From an uncultured bacterium (lineage in GTDB: Bacteria > Ratteibacteria > UBA8468 > B48-G9 > JAFGKM01): a stretch of 46,673 nucleotides of DNA. The notes below the pieces were generated by a model. It had not been told where the DNA came from and ran no database searches. It worked only from the letters and a program-made list of their open reading frames with translations. The position numbers were made by a program, and so were the translations under genes. Within the stretch, counting starts at the first letter, position 1. Every line of letters starts with the position of its first letter. The DNA lies in NCBI GenBank assembly GCA_964403465.1, contig CAYOFY010000002.1, positions 1 to 46,673 on the forward strand, in the 5' to 3' direction. Below, piece after piece: positions 19,257 to 28,301 of this stretch.

Positions 19257-19921
19257 ACATAATAATAGTCGGCGGTGGCAATGTGGGATATAACCTGGCG
19301 GAACGCTTGAGCTCGAGCAATTACGTTACGCTTATTGAAAAAGACCCCGATATAGGCAGGAGGCTGGCCGGCAAGATAAATATTCTCGTCATGCAGGGAG
19401 ACGGTTGCGATACGAATATTCTCAAGCAGGCAGGGATAAACAAGGCGGACATTGTTGCGGCGGTTACTGGAAGCGACGTTGATAACCTTGTTGTCTGCCA
19501 GATTGCCAAGGATATTTTCCATGTCAAAAGAACCGTGGCAAAGGTCAACGACCCCAAGAATGAAAAAATCTTTTATCAACTCGGCGTTGATGTTGCCATA
19601 GGTAGTACGGCCATCATAGCAAAGGTTATTGAGGATGAGGTGAGCTGGGATGATTTCATCAACCTTTTCACATTCAAACGGGGCAATCTCTCTATAGTCA
19701 GGGTTGACCTTCCGGAGACATCTCCCGTTCTCAACGCCGCTGTCGGAAACATAAAACTTCCCGAGGATTCTGTTCTCGTTGCTATCATAAGAAATGGCGA
19801 GATAATGATTCCCCGCAACAATTCGGTTCTGAAAGAAAAAGACGAGGTTATTGCCATAACAAAGGTGGAGAACGAATCGCTTCTTTTTAAGTCTCTCATA
19901 GGAGAGGTGACGGAAAAGTAA
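19253..19921 (+). CDS. trkA: Trk/Ktr potassium uptake system NAD-binding (RCK) subunit, second paralogue
   Basis: It has IIVGGGNVGYNLA and is 222 aa. An ATGA overlap couples it to the preceding gene. Confidence 0.85.
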   Translation: MNIIIVGGGNVGYNLAERLSSSNYVTLIEKDPDIGRRLAGKINILVMQGDGCDTNILKQAGINKADIVAAVTGSDVDNLVVCQIAKDIFHVKRTVAKVNDPKNEKIFYQLGVDVAIGSTAIIAKVIEDEVSWDDFINLFTFKRGNLSIVRVDLPETSPVLNAAVGNIKLPEDSVLVAIIRNGEIMIPRNNSVLKEKDEVIAITKVENESLLFKSLIGEVTEK

Positions 19922-20061
19922 TGGAGCGGCTCATTAAGTATCTGAAAATAACTTACAGATGGATTACAGGTATAGCGATTGAATTGATATACCCCTTCAT
20001 TACTTTTGCAGCCGCAGCAATAATATGTTTCTTGTTATACCTGGCCATTATTAAAAAATGA
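19921..20061 (+). CDS. Small hydrophobic protein (46 aa), not in the ORF track
   Basis: My own translation is MERLIKYLKITYRWITGIAIELIYPFITFAAAAIICFLLYLAIIKK. Its ATG shares one base with the trkA stop (TAATG at 19919-19923). Its TGA overlaps the trkH ATG (ATGA at 20058-20061). It exactly fills the trkA-trkH gap. Confidence 0.55.
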   Translation: MERLIKYLKITYRWITGIAIELIYPFITFAAAAIICFLLYLAIIKK

Positions 20062-21557
20062 TACCCCATTTTTCCCGCGAGGACGTGAATTCCATTTTGC
20101 ACTATCTCGGAAAACTCATATATGGTCTGGGCGCAGTGATGCTTGCGCCGGTCTTTATCGGTATTATAAACAGAGAATGGGACCCCTCCATAGACTTTAT
20201 CCTTTCATCACTGCTGTGTCTTTTCCTCGGCAGTCTCCTGCTTCTCAGATTTAATGAAGAAAGAGACCTGAACTGGCGGCAGGGGATGAGTCTTGTGGCA
20301 ATCTCATGGATTGTGGCGATGTTCCTGGGAGCAATCCCCATTTTTCTGTCCGGCCACTACAACAGTTTTCTTGATGCCTCCTTTGAAGCAATGAGCGCTT
20401 TTGCCACAACAGGTCTCACGCTGGCCAATAACATTGACCACATGGCCTATTCCTACAATTTCTGGAGACATTTCATGTGCTTTATCGGAGGGCAGGGAAT
20501 AATTCTTGTGGCACTGACGCTTTTTGTAAAGGGAGGCAGTGCATTCAAGGTTTATGTGGGAGAAGCCCGTGAAGAGAAAATCATGCCCAACATAGTTCAA
20601 ACCGCACGATTTATATGGTTTGTAAGTCTAACCTATCTGATTATAGGGACTTCCATTCTTTTTTTTATAAACCTTGTCAGGAATGTTTCGCCTGGAAGAG
20701 CCCTGTTTCACTCCATCTGCATCTTCATGGCCGGATGGGACACTGCGGGATTTGCCGTGCAGACTCAGAATATCCTCTATTACCACAGTCCTGCAGTGGA
20801 AACAGTTACGGGGATGATATTTCTTCTGGGAGCTGTTAATTTCGGAGTTCATTACGCAGTCTGGACAGGGAGACCCAGAGAGCTTATAAAAAATTTTGAA
20901 CTGAAGATTTATATGATAAGCATCCTGGTGCTATTTGCTCTTATTTGTGCTGGGTTTATGATGCATTTCCCATTCCCTAATTACATATCCTTTTTCCGAA
21001 CAACCTTTTATCAGCTGCTTTCCGCTCATACCGGCGTTGGCTATTCAAATATATACGTTCAGGATTTCCTTTATTACTGGTCTCCTGTAGCACTTATGGG
21101 AGTAATTATAGCAATGGGGCTTGGCGGCAGTTCATCTTCCACTTCCGGAGGCATTAAGATGCTGAGAATAGGACTCTTTTTCAAGGGCATAAAAAAGGAA
21201 GTCAGAATTCTTACATCTCCTGAGTCCGCCGTCATAGTTGAAAAATTCCATCACATTAAAGACGTAACAGTTCAGGATAACCACATAAAGATGGCTGTAA
21301 TCATAATACTTTTATACATTATTGTTTATCTTGCAGGAGGTCTGGCAGGCAGTTTTTATGGGTATCCCTTTCTATCCTCACTCTTTGAATCTGTTTCGGC
21401 CGCGGCAAATGTGGGACTTTCCATGGGGATTACTTCCCCATCAATGCCGGATGGTCTTAAAATCGTGTACATTGCACAGATGTGGCTGGGACGTCTGGAA
21501 TTCATATCCGTTTTCGTGATGATTAAATTCATGCTTTCTTTAAGAAGTCCCCAGTAA
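20058..21557 (+). CDS. trkH: Trk/Ktr potassium transporter membrane subunit
   Basis: It is a 499-aa polytopic membrane protein with the TrkH-like repeated pore-loop architecture (for example GGSSSSTSGGIK). It lies downstream of two trkA genes. Confidence 0.85.
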   Translation: MIPHFSREDVNSILHYLGKLIYGLGAVMLAPVFIGIINREWDPSIDFILSSLLCLFLGSLLLLRFNEERDLNWRQGMSLVAISWIVAMFLGAIPIFLSGHYNSFLDASFEAMSAFATTGLTLANNIDHMAYSYNFWRHFMCFIGGQGIILVALTLFVKGGSAFKVYVGEAREEKIMPNIVQTARFIWFVSLTYLIIGTSILFFINLVRNVSPGRALFHSICIFMAGWDTAGFAVQTQNILYYHSPAVETVTGMIFLLGAVNFGVHYAVWTGRPRELIKNFELKIYMISILVLFALICAGFMMHFPFPNYISFFRTTFYQLLSAHTGVGYSNIYVQDFLYYWSPVALMGVIIAMGLGGSSSSTSGGIKMLRIGLFFKGIKKEVRILTSPESAVIVEKFHHIKDVTVQDNHIKMAVIIILLYIIVYLAGGLAGSFYGYPFLSSLFESVSAAANVGLSMGITSPSMPDGLKIVYIAQMWLGRLEFISVFVMIKFMLSLRSPQ

Positions 21558-21599
21558 AACCGGTTAGTAGTGAAAAGTGGATAGTGGAAGGTAAAAAGA

Positions 21600-22106
21600 A
21601 TGAAAGTAAAATATATACTGATTTTTTTGTGTTTCCTGTTGCTGTCCTATAAAGCGTTTGCCTTGGAAATTATCCCTTTGAGGCAACTTTTCGAGCAAGC
21701 TCCCAATTATGATGGAAAGAATGTTACTGTGAAGGGAGAAGCCGTTGGCGATATCATGGGCAACGGAGAAACTTTCTGGGTAAACATAAGAGACGGAGAT
21801 TTTTTTATCGGCGTTGTCCTTGATAGTGAAAAACGAAGCATCATCAAAAATCTCGGCAGATACAGGGTTAAGGGTGATATCGTAAAAGTGACAGGCACAT
21901 ACAAGGTTCAATGTCCGCAGCATTATGGAGATAGAGATATTCATGCAGAAACTCTCGAAATTATTGAAGAAGGGAGGCGTCTGGAAGAAACCGTGGAAAC
22001 AGACAAGATTGTTCTAAGTATTGCATTGGGCTTTGCCGCAATACTTTTTATTTTTTATTCCCACCACAGGAAATTCCGAAAAGATAGCGGCGATCAGCAG
22101 AATTGA
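21600..22106 (+). CDS. Secreted OB-fold-like protein with C-terminal membrane anchor, unknown function
   Basis: A signal peptide (MKVKYILIFLCFLLLSYKAFA) is followed by a beta-rich core (GKNVTVKGEAVGDI...YRVKGDIVKVTGTY) that resembles OB-fold/BOF-type domains. A C-terminal hydrophobic helix (IVLSIALGFAAILFIFY) is present. Confidence 0.5.
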   Translation: MKVKYILIFLCFLLLSYKAFALEIIPLRQLFEQAPNYDGKNVTVKGEAVGDIMGNGETFWVNIRDGDFFIGVVLDSEKRSIIKNLGRYRVKGDIVKVTGTYKVQCPQHYGDRDIHAETLEIIEEGRRLEETVETDKIVLSIALGFAAILFIFYSHHRKFRKDSGDQQN

Positions 22107-23367
22107 AAACCACGGTTTCAAGCGTACCCGGTGTGGAAGAATGTGACGTGAAAACAACGGATTTATTGCCACTGCTCCTTCCCAGAAAAGCGCCTTTTCT
22201 TTTACTGCTCGTCTTAACGACAAAAACACTGTCAGTCTTACCTGTGAGACGGATGTTTTTCTTAAGGGACACCCCTTCCTGAATGTCCAGTATAATCTTA
22301 TGCCGACTCTCTTTTTCCTTCTCGGGAACATCATCTTTCATTCTGGAAGCCGCAGTTCCTGTCCTTTCGGAATACTTGAATACAAACAGGTCGTCAAACT
22401 CAATATCCTCTACCGCGGAACAGGTCTTCCCAAAATCTTTTTCTGTTTCTGAAGGAAAACCTGTTATTATATCCGAAGTTATGGTAATATCAGGGGTAGT
22501 ATCACGCGCCTTTTCAACAATCTCAAGATACCTGCCAAGTGTATAATTTCTGTTCATGAGTTTGAGTATCCTGTCGGAACCGGACTGGAGGGGAAGATGC
22601 AGGTGTTTGTAGAGTTTAGGCAGGTTCTTAAAAGAACGGATAAGTTCGTCAGGAATGTCCTTCGGATGAGATGTTAGAAATCCCATGCGTGCTATTCCCG
22701 TTATGTCATGTATTTTTTCCAGCAGGCCGGTAAATTTCATATCTGTATCTTTACCGTATTCATTAACATTCTGCCCCAGCAGAATAATTTCTCTCACACC
22801 CCCGGCTGTAAGAAATTCCACCTCTCTGCATATATCTTCTGGTTTCCTGCTTAGAAATCTTCCCCTGGCAAACGGTACCACGCAGTAGGAGCAGAAATTT
22901 TCGCAACCCTTGGTAACCGTTACAAAGGCGGAGATATTGCCTTCCGGAACAGGAAGTTCCTCTATAAACGGATCTGCCCCATCACCTGTACAGGATATTC
23001 CTCCTGTTGCAGTTGCAAGTATTTCCGGAAGTCGTTTATAGTTCCCTGCTCCGCAGATGATATCAATAAACGGATAGCTTTCCAGGAGTTTTTCTTTGTG
23101 AAGGTTGGCCGTGCATCCGAAAAGACACAGAATTTTTCCTTCTTTTCTCAGATACGCGTGTGAACTGAGAAACGCCATTGCTCTGTCTTCAGCGTGTTTC
23201 CTTACGCTGCAACTATTTACGGCAACAAAATCCGCGATCTCCGGAGAGTCCACAATCTCATAGCCGTTATTTATCAGCAATGTTTTGATCTTTTCAGAAT
23301 CATAAAAGTTCATCTGGCAACCGTATGTTTTTATATAAACTCTCCCGATTTTCTTATTCATAACCAT
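22048..23367 (-). CDS. miaB: tRNA methylthiotransferase, radical SAM (MiaB family)
   Basis: It has an N-terminal MTTase domain (YIKTYGCQMNFYDSE), the radical SAM motif CENFCSYC and a C-terminal TRAM-like region. Length is 439 aa. Confidence 0.85.
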   Translation of the reverse strand: MVMNKKIGRVYIKTYGCQMNFYDSEKIKTLLINNGYEIVDSPEIADFVAVNSCSVRKHAEDRAMAFLSSHAYLRKEGKILCLFGCTANLHKEKLLESYPFIDIICGAGNYKRLPEILATATGGISCTGDGADPFIEELPVPEGNISAFVTVTKGCENFCSYCVVPFARGRFLSRKPEDICREVEFLTAGGVREIILLGQNVNEYGKDTDMKFTGLLEKIHDITGIARMGFLTSHPKDIPDELIRSFKNLPKLYKHLHLPLQSGSDRILKLMNRNYTLGRYLEIVEKARDTTPDITITSDIITGFPSETEKDFGKTCSAVEDIEFDDLFVFKYSERTGTAASRMKDDVPEKEKESRHKIILDIQEGVSLKKNIRLTGKTDSVFVVKTSSKRKGAFLGRSSGNKSVVFTSHSSTPGTLETVVFNSADRRYLFGISCGGNKK

Positions 23368-25921
23368 AATGTTTTATGAACCAGTCCTTTGCCATTTGAA
23401 CCGAGAACAGATATACCACGACTATGATGAAGAGTGCAAGGAAATAAAGAGGTGGAGGCTGGATAAAACCAAAGTGTTTCCCAAGCGGGATGAAGGGCAG
23501 GAAGATTCCTATCGTAACAATATAGATTGACATGAATACGAGGAACTGACTGGGTTTGCTTTCAATGAAAGGAATCTTCCCCGTACGAATTATGTGTATA
23601 ACGAGTGTCTGGGTACACAGGGATTCCAGGAACCATCCGGTGTTGAACAGGGGCTGCCCTGCGTGGAAGATAAACCACAGGATACCGAAGGTAGCGAAAT
23701 CAAAAACTGAACTTATCGGTCCTATGAAAAGCATGAATTTCTGTATATATCCGACGTTCCATGGCCTTGATTTCATAAGATATTCGCTGTCAATTTCGTC
23801 CGAAGGCACGGCTATTTGCGAAATATCGTAAAGAAGATTGTTAAGCAATATCTGTATCGGGAGCATCGGAAGGAATGGGAGAAACAAACTTGCGCCTGTC
23901 ATGCTGAACATATTCCCCAGATTTGAACTGGCACCCATCTTGATATACTTGAGAATGTTTCCAAATGTCCTTCTTCCCTCTACAACACCGTCAGCAATGA
24001 CAAGGAGGTTTTTCTTCAAGAGGATTATGTCAGCGGATTCTTTGGCAATATCAACCGCGTTATTGACGGAAATACCCACGTCAGCAGCCCTCAGTGCGGG
24101 AGCATCGTTTATACCGTCACCAAGATATCCGACAATGTGCTGAGCATCGTGCAATGCTTTTATCACCCTTTCTTTTTGAAGAGGTGCAAGCCTTGCAAAA
24201 ACTGTGGTTTCCCTGACAAGCTCAACCAGGTCCGCGTCACTTGCCTTCTCAATCTGCTCGCCCGTAGCGAAACCCTTTATATCAAGCCCCACCTCTCCGC
24301 ATATCTTCTTGGTGACAAGTTCGTTATCACCTGTCAAAACCTTGAAATCTATGCCCAGATTCTTCAGTCTTTCTATTGTCCTTCTGGCTGAAGGCTTGGG
24401 AGGGTCAAGGAAAGCCACATATCCTTTTAGAATCAGGTCACGCTCGTCCTCTTTCGTGTATCTGTCCTGTGGCCGGTCAAAATCCCTGTAAGCGATGGCA
24501 AGAACGCGGAATCCTTCGGCACTCAGACTTCCGTATTCCTTCTGAAGTTCAATAAGCAGCAGCTGTCCTGCGTCAATTTCAAGAATGTCACCGTCAAGTT
24601 CAAATCTGGAACAACGTTTATACACCTCTTCCGGAGCACCCTTGACTATAATCCTGTGCTTTCCTTCATTTTCAATCACTATTGACATCATCTTTCTTGA
24701 GAAATCAAAAGGAATTTCATCAATCTTCCTGTAATCTTTAACTATGAGTTTTTCATGCTTGATTATGGCATCATCCAGTATATTCCTTAATCCTGTCTGA
24801 TATAAACTGTTTATGTAAGCCAATTTCAAGACATCGTCGTTTATTCTGCATACCACGTCGCAGTGTTTTTCAAGCATAATTCTGTTCAGCGTAAGTGTGC
24901 CGGTCTTATCGGTGCAGAGTATATTCATCGCACCAAAGTTCTGGATGGAATTAAGGCGCTTGACAATCACATCTCTCCTTGACATGGCAATTGCGCCCTT
25001 TGATAGATTAATTGCCACGAGCATTGGAAGCATCTGAGGAGTAAGCCCTACGGCAACGGAAAGGGCAAAGAGCAGGGCCTCAATCCTGTTTCCTTTGTTC
25101 AAGGCGTTTATAGCAAAGATTGCAAGAACAAGTACGAACATGAACCTCATCATGAGCCATGTGAATCTTCTGATTCCCTTTTCAAAACTGCTTTCAACCG
25201 ATGTTGCTGCAAGTTTTCTGGATATCTCACCAAACTGCGTAGAAAGTCCTGTCTTGACAGCCACCCCAAGACCTGTTCCACTTATCACGCTTGAACCCAT
25301 GAATGCCATATTGGATAATTCCGTAATAGAACGATTTGCAGAAACAGGAATTTCCGATGTTTTTTCAACCGGGTAAGACTCACCGGTCAGTGAAGACTGA
25401 TTTACAAAAAGATCCTTGCATGAAATAATCCGAAGATCCGCGGGAATCATATCTCCCGCAAATAAATCAATAATGTCGCCTGGAACTATCTCTCTTATAT
25501 TTATCTCTCTGGGCCTGCCATTCCGGCGCACAGTAGAGGTTGTTCTCACCATTTCGCTCAGTTTTTCCGCTTCCCTGCCTGCACGGTATTCCTGGAAGAA
25601 TGAAAGGAAAACGCTTATGAAAGCCATTATTATAACCAGTGCGGCACTTATCTTTTCACCGAAAAAAAGAGAAAAACCGGCGATGATTAGAAGCACAATG
25701 ACCAGAGGATTAAGAAACTTGGAAAAAACCTGCAGCAGAATGGTGCGTTTCTTTTTTCTTGCAGGTTCGTTGAAACCATATTCTTCCAGTCTTTTCTTTA
25801 CCTCTCGTTCCTGAAGACCTTTTAGAGATGTCTGCAACTTCTCAAAAAGAATTTCCTGAGAACATGTAATATAGTCAAAATCCCAGTTCTGTCTTTTGAT
25901 GGTTCCGTTCATAGTTATCAT
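23354..25921 (-). CDS. mgtA: Magnesium-translocating P-type ATPase
   Basis: It has the phosphorylation motif CTDKTGTLT, the hinge GDGINDAPAL and MgtA-like N-terminal and TM organisation. Length is 855 aa. Confidence 0.85.
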   Translation of the reverse strand: MITMNGTIKRQNWDFDYITCSQEILFEKLQTSLKGLQEREVKKRLEEYGFNEPARKKKRTILLQVFSKFLNPLVIVLLIIAGFSLFFGEKISAALVIIMAFISVFLSFFQEYRAGREAEKLSEMVRTTSTVRRNGRPREINIREIVPGDIIDLFAGDMIPADLRIISCKDLFVNQSSLTGESYPVEKTSEIPVSANRSITELSNMAFMGSSVISGTGLGVAVKTGLSTQFGEISRKLAATSVESSFEKGIRRFTWLMMRFMFVLVLAIFAINALNKGNRIEALLFALSVAVGLTPQMLPMLVAINLSKGAIAMSRRDVIVKRLNSIQNFGAMNILCTDKTGTLTLNRIMLEKHCDVVCRINDDVLKLAYINSLYQTGLRNILDDAIIKHEKLIVKDYRKIDEIPFDFSRKMMSIVIENEGKHRIIVKGAPEEVYKRCSRFELDGDILEIDAGQLLLIELQKEYGSLSAEGFRVLAIAYRDFDRPQDRYTKEDERDLILKGYVAFLDPPKPSARRTIERLKNLGIDFKVLTGDNELVTKKICGEVGLDIKGFATGEQIEKASDADLVELVRETTVFARLAPLQKERVIKALHDAQHIVGYLGDGINDAPALRAADVGISVNNAVDIAKESADIILLKKNLLVIADGVVEGRRTFGNILKYIKMGASSNLGNMFSMTGASLFLPFLPMLPIQILLNNLLYDISQIAVPSDEIDSEYLMKSRPWNVGYIQKFMLFIGPISSVFDFATFGILWFIFHAGQPLFNTGWFLESLCTQTLVIHIIRTGKIPFIESKPSQFLVFMSIYIVTIGIFLPFIPLGKHFGFIQPPPLYFLALFIIVVVYLFSVQMAKDWFIKHYGYE

Positions 25922-25934
25922 TTCATCAAAAATC

Positions 25935-26288
25935 TCATTTAATTACCGCACCCTTAAAAACGCAAAATACCGCGGCAAGGATGAAGACAGCTGCCCATAG
26001 ATATTCATGTTTCATACCCTCTTTCATGTAGAAGACGGAAAACGGGATGAATACCGACAGGGTTATGACCTCCTGTATAATTTTTAATTGCCCGAGGTTC
26101 ATCACCTGATAGCCTATACGGTTAGCCGGGACCTGAATGATATATTCGAAAAGCGCAATGGTCCAGCTAACCAATGCCGCGATTATCCACGGCTTGCTAT
26201 TTAGGTGCTTCAGATGTCCGTACCATGCAAAGGTCATGAAGACATTGCTGCAGATAAGCATGACGGCTGTTATAAGTATCTTATTCAT
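25935..26288 (-). CDS. Small DMT-superfamily membrane protein (DUF486-like)
   Basis: It is a 117-aa protein with four hydrophobic segments. The N-terminus MNKILITAVMLICSNVFMTFAWYGHLKH resembles DUF486 proteins. An SD (GAAGGGGAAG) lies upstream. Confidence 0.6.
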   Translation of the reverse strand: MNKILITAVMLICSNVFMTFAWYGHLKHLNSKPWIIAALVSWTIALFEYIIQVPANRIGYQVMNLGQLKIIQEVITLSVFIPFSVFYMKEGMKHEYLWAAVFILAAVFCVFKGAVIK

Positions 26289-26302
26289 ATATCTTCCCCT
26301 TC

Positions 26303-26328
26303 AATATCAAAATATTCAACTTGATATT
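26303..26328. repeat. Perfect 8-bp inverted repeat in a divergent promoter region
   Basis: AATATCAA (26303-26310) and TTGATATT (26321-26328) are separated by a 10-nt spacer containing the palindrome AATATT. The repeat lies 15-40 nt upstream of the DUF486 gene start. Confidence 0.6.
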
Positions 26329-26382
26329 TTAGCTCTTTCCGGTTAAAGCGCCAAACAAGGATACGCGAAACCTTATCGTCAC

Positions 26383-26411
26383 TTGAGGGATTCGCCGTTA
26401 TAAAATATAAT
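26383..26411 (+). promoter_or_regulatory. Candidate sigma70-type promoter placed to give a leaderless aldolase transcript
   Basis: TTGAGG (26383-26388) is followed by a 17-nt spacer and TATAAT (26406-26411), then 6 nt to the ATG at 26418. No SD precedes this ATG. Confidence 0.4.
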
Positions 26412-26417
26412 TATTCT

Positions 26418-27335
26418 ATGTCACGGAAAATATCAAATGCAGAGGCCGTGGAGAATGCCTGGAAATCTGCAACTGCAATACCTGCCTTCAACGTTCCCTA
26501 CCTGCCCGCGATCGAGCCGATAGTCAGGGCAATAAGAGATACCGGAATTTTCGGTCTGATAGAAGTTGCGCGACTTGAATGGATGAAATTCCAGGCAGGA
26601 AGTCTCACGGAGGTTTACCGGGAATTCCATTCGGTTGCAGGAAACGAACCCTTCGTAGGCCTCCACCTCGACCATATACCCGTTATTGATGAGGACGGGA
26701 AAGAGGTGGATTATATGCGCATAATAAATGAAGCCCTTGAACTTGGATATCAGTCCGTAATGATTGACGGTTCCAGACTGCCTATCGAAGAAAATATTCA
26801 TGCCGTCAGAAGGGTTGTTGATATGTCCCACATATGCGGCGTACCCGTGGAAGCTGAATTGGGGGCAGTTCTCGGGCATGAAACAGGCCCACCGGTCCCG
26901 TACGAAAAACTTTTTTCTTCCGGCAAGGGATTTACCGATCCGTCGGAAGCAAAGCGCCTTGTCCGGGAAACGGACGTTGACTGGCTTTCCATAGCTGCGG
27001 GAAATATACACGGTGCCATATCCGGTTCTTTGAAAGACAGAAGCAAGACCGAAGCGCGTCTCAACATAGAACACATAGAAAAGATTGGATCAACAGTCAA
27101 GATACCTCTCGTCCTTCACGGCGGGACAGGAATACGAAAGGAGTTCATCAGAGCAGGGATAAAGGCCGGCATAGCCAAGATTAATATAGGGACTGCTGTG
27201 CGTCAGGCGTATGAACTTGGCATCAGGAAGTCCCGGCGGAATGCCGTCGAAAAAGTCTATGAATCGGTTATCCGCGTTCTAACTGAAGAACTCGGAGTAG
27301 AGAATTCTTACAGGAAGGTCTGCAATGATTCTTGA
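26418..27335 (+). CDS. Class II ketose-bisphosphate aldolase family protein (fructose/tagatose-bisphosphate aldolase-like)
   Basis: It has the motifs IPAFNVPYL, GLHLDH, LVLHGGTG and KINIGTA, typical of the class II (zinc) FBA/GatY/KbaY family. Length is 305 aa. Confidence 0.8.
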   Translation: MSRKISNAEAVENAWKSATAIPAFNVPYLPAIEPIVRAIRDTGIFGLIEVARLEWMKFQAGSLTEVYREFHSVAGNEPFVGLHLDHIPVIDEDGKEVDYMRIINEALELGYQSVMIDGSRLPIEENIHAVRRVVDMSHICGVPVEAELGAVLGHETGPPVPYEKLFSSGKGFTDPSEAKRLVRETDVDWLSIAAGNIHGAISGSLKDRSKTEARLNIEHIEKIGSTVKIPLVLHGGTGIRKEFIRAGIKAGIAKINIGTAVRQAYELGIRKSRRNAVEKVYESVIRVLTEELGVENSYRKVCNDS

Positions 27336-27350
27336 ATAACGGAGGAGTTA

Positions 27351-28298
27351 ATGGAAAACAAAGTACTGTGCCTTGGAATCATCGTGGGTGACTTTCTCGG
27401 TAAACCCGTAGAAGAAATGCCTGAAAGAGGCAAGCTGGTTTTGACCGAACGCACGGAACTGCATATAGGAGGATGTGCTTCCAACACGGGAGTCATACTG
27501 ACCAGACTCGGCGTGCAGGTTTCAGTCATAGGCAAAGTGGGTGATGATAATCTCGGCAGGTTTCTTATCGGCAAACTGAAGGAAGAGAATATAGATGTGA
27601 CAGGGGTCAAAGTAAGCAGGGACAAAACGACATCCGGAACGCTTGTCTTCATTCATTCAGATGGCGAGAGGTCCTTCATACACTCCACGGGCGCAAATGG
27701 CGACCTCCATTTGGAGGACATAGACTTCAATTTCGTGAGAAGATTCCCTCTCCTCCATATTGCCGGGGCATTCCTCATGCCGGGATTTGACGGCAAACCT
27801 CTTGCGCAGACGTTCAAGAAAGCAAAGGAACTTGGACTCATAACTACCTTTGACACCGCATGGGATTCAAGAGGCAGATGGTTGGAATTGATTGAAGAAT
27901 CACTCCCGTATGTGGATTACTTCCTTCCAAGTATTGAAGAAGCAAAGATGATAACGAAAAAAGAAAGGCCTGAAGAGATCGCCGATTTTTTGATGGACAG
28001 GGGGGTAAAGAACGTAGGGTTAAAAATGGGAGGAGACGGCTCTTTTATCTGCAACAGCAGGAAAGAGAGTTACAGGTTCAAGGCCCTTGACATTGACGTT
28101 GTGGATACCACGGGATGCGGGGATGCATACGCAGCAGGATTCATTGCCGGGATAGTCAGGGAATTCTCGTTTGAAAAATGCGGAATGCTGGCCAATCTTG
28201 CCGGTGCAAAAATAGCCACTGCCATCGGCACCACTGCCGGTATTGTGTCCTACGGGGATATTCTGGATTTCGGGAAGAAACACGGATACGGATTTTAA
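27351..28298 (+). CDS. PfkB-family carbohydrate kinase
   Basis: It has the N-terminal GxxxxD region and the C-terminal DTTGCGDAYAAGF signature of ribokinase/PfkB kinases. Length is 315 aa. Confidence 0.85.
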   Translation: MENKVLCLGIIVGDFLGKPVEEMPERGKLVLTERTELHIGGCASNTGVILTRLGVQVSVIGKVGDDNLGRFLIGKLKEENIDVTGVKVSRDKTTSGTLVFIHSDGERSFIHSTGANGDLHLEDIDFNFVRRFPLLHIAGAFLMPGFDGKPLAQTFKKAKELGLITTFDTAWDSRGRWLELIEESLPYVDYFLPSIEEAKMITKKERPEEIADFLMDRGVKNVGLKMGGDGSFICNSRKESYRFKALDIDVVDTTGCGDAYAAGFIAGIVREFSFEKCGMLANLAGAKIATAIGTTAGIVSYGDILDFGKKHGYGF

Positions 28299-28301
28299 TT
28301 C

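Noticed and set aside
25922-26417. A Mg2+ (M-box) riboswitch upstream of mgtA.
   Set aside because: Only 13 nt separate mgtA from the preceding gene. The ~130-nt region upstream of the DUF486 gene is too short and AT-rich to hold the ~160-nt M-box fold.
28178-28301. The ATG-initiated start of the 613-aa tracked ORF.
   Set aside because: It overlaps the pfkB-family gene, and its translation is Cys/His/Arg-rich with no family resemblance. The true antiporter N-terminus is in another frame from 28302 (see the frameshift finding).
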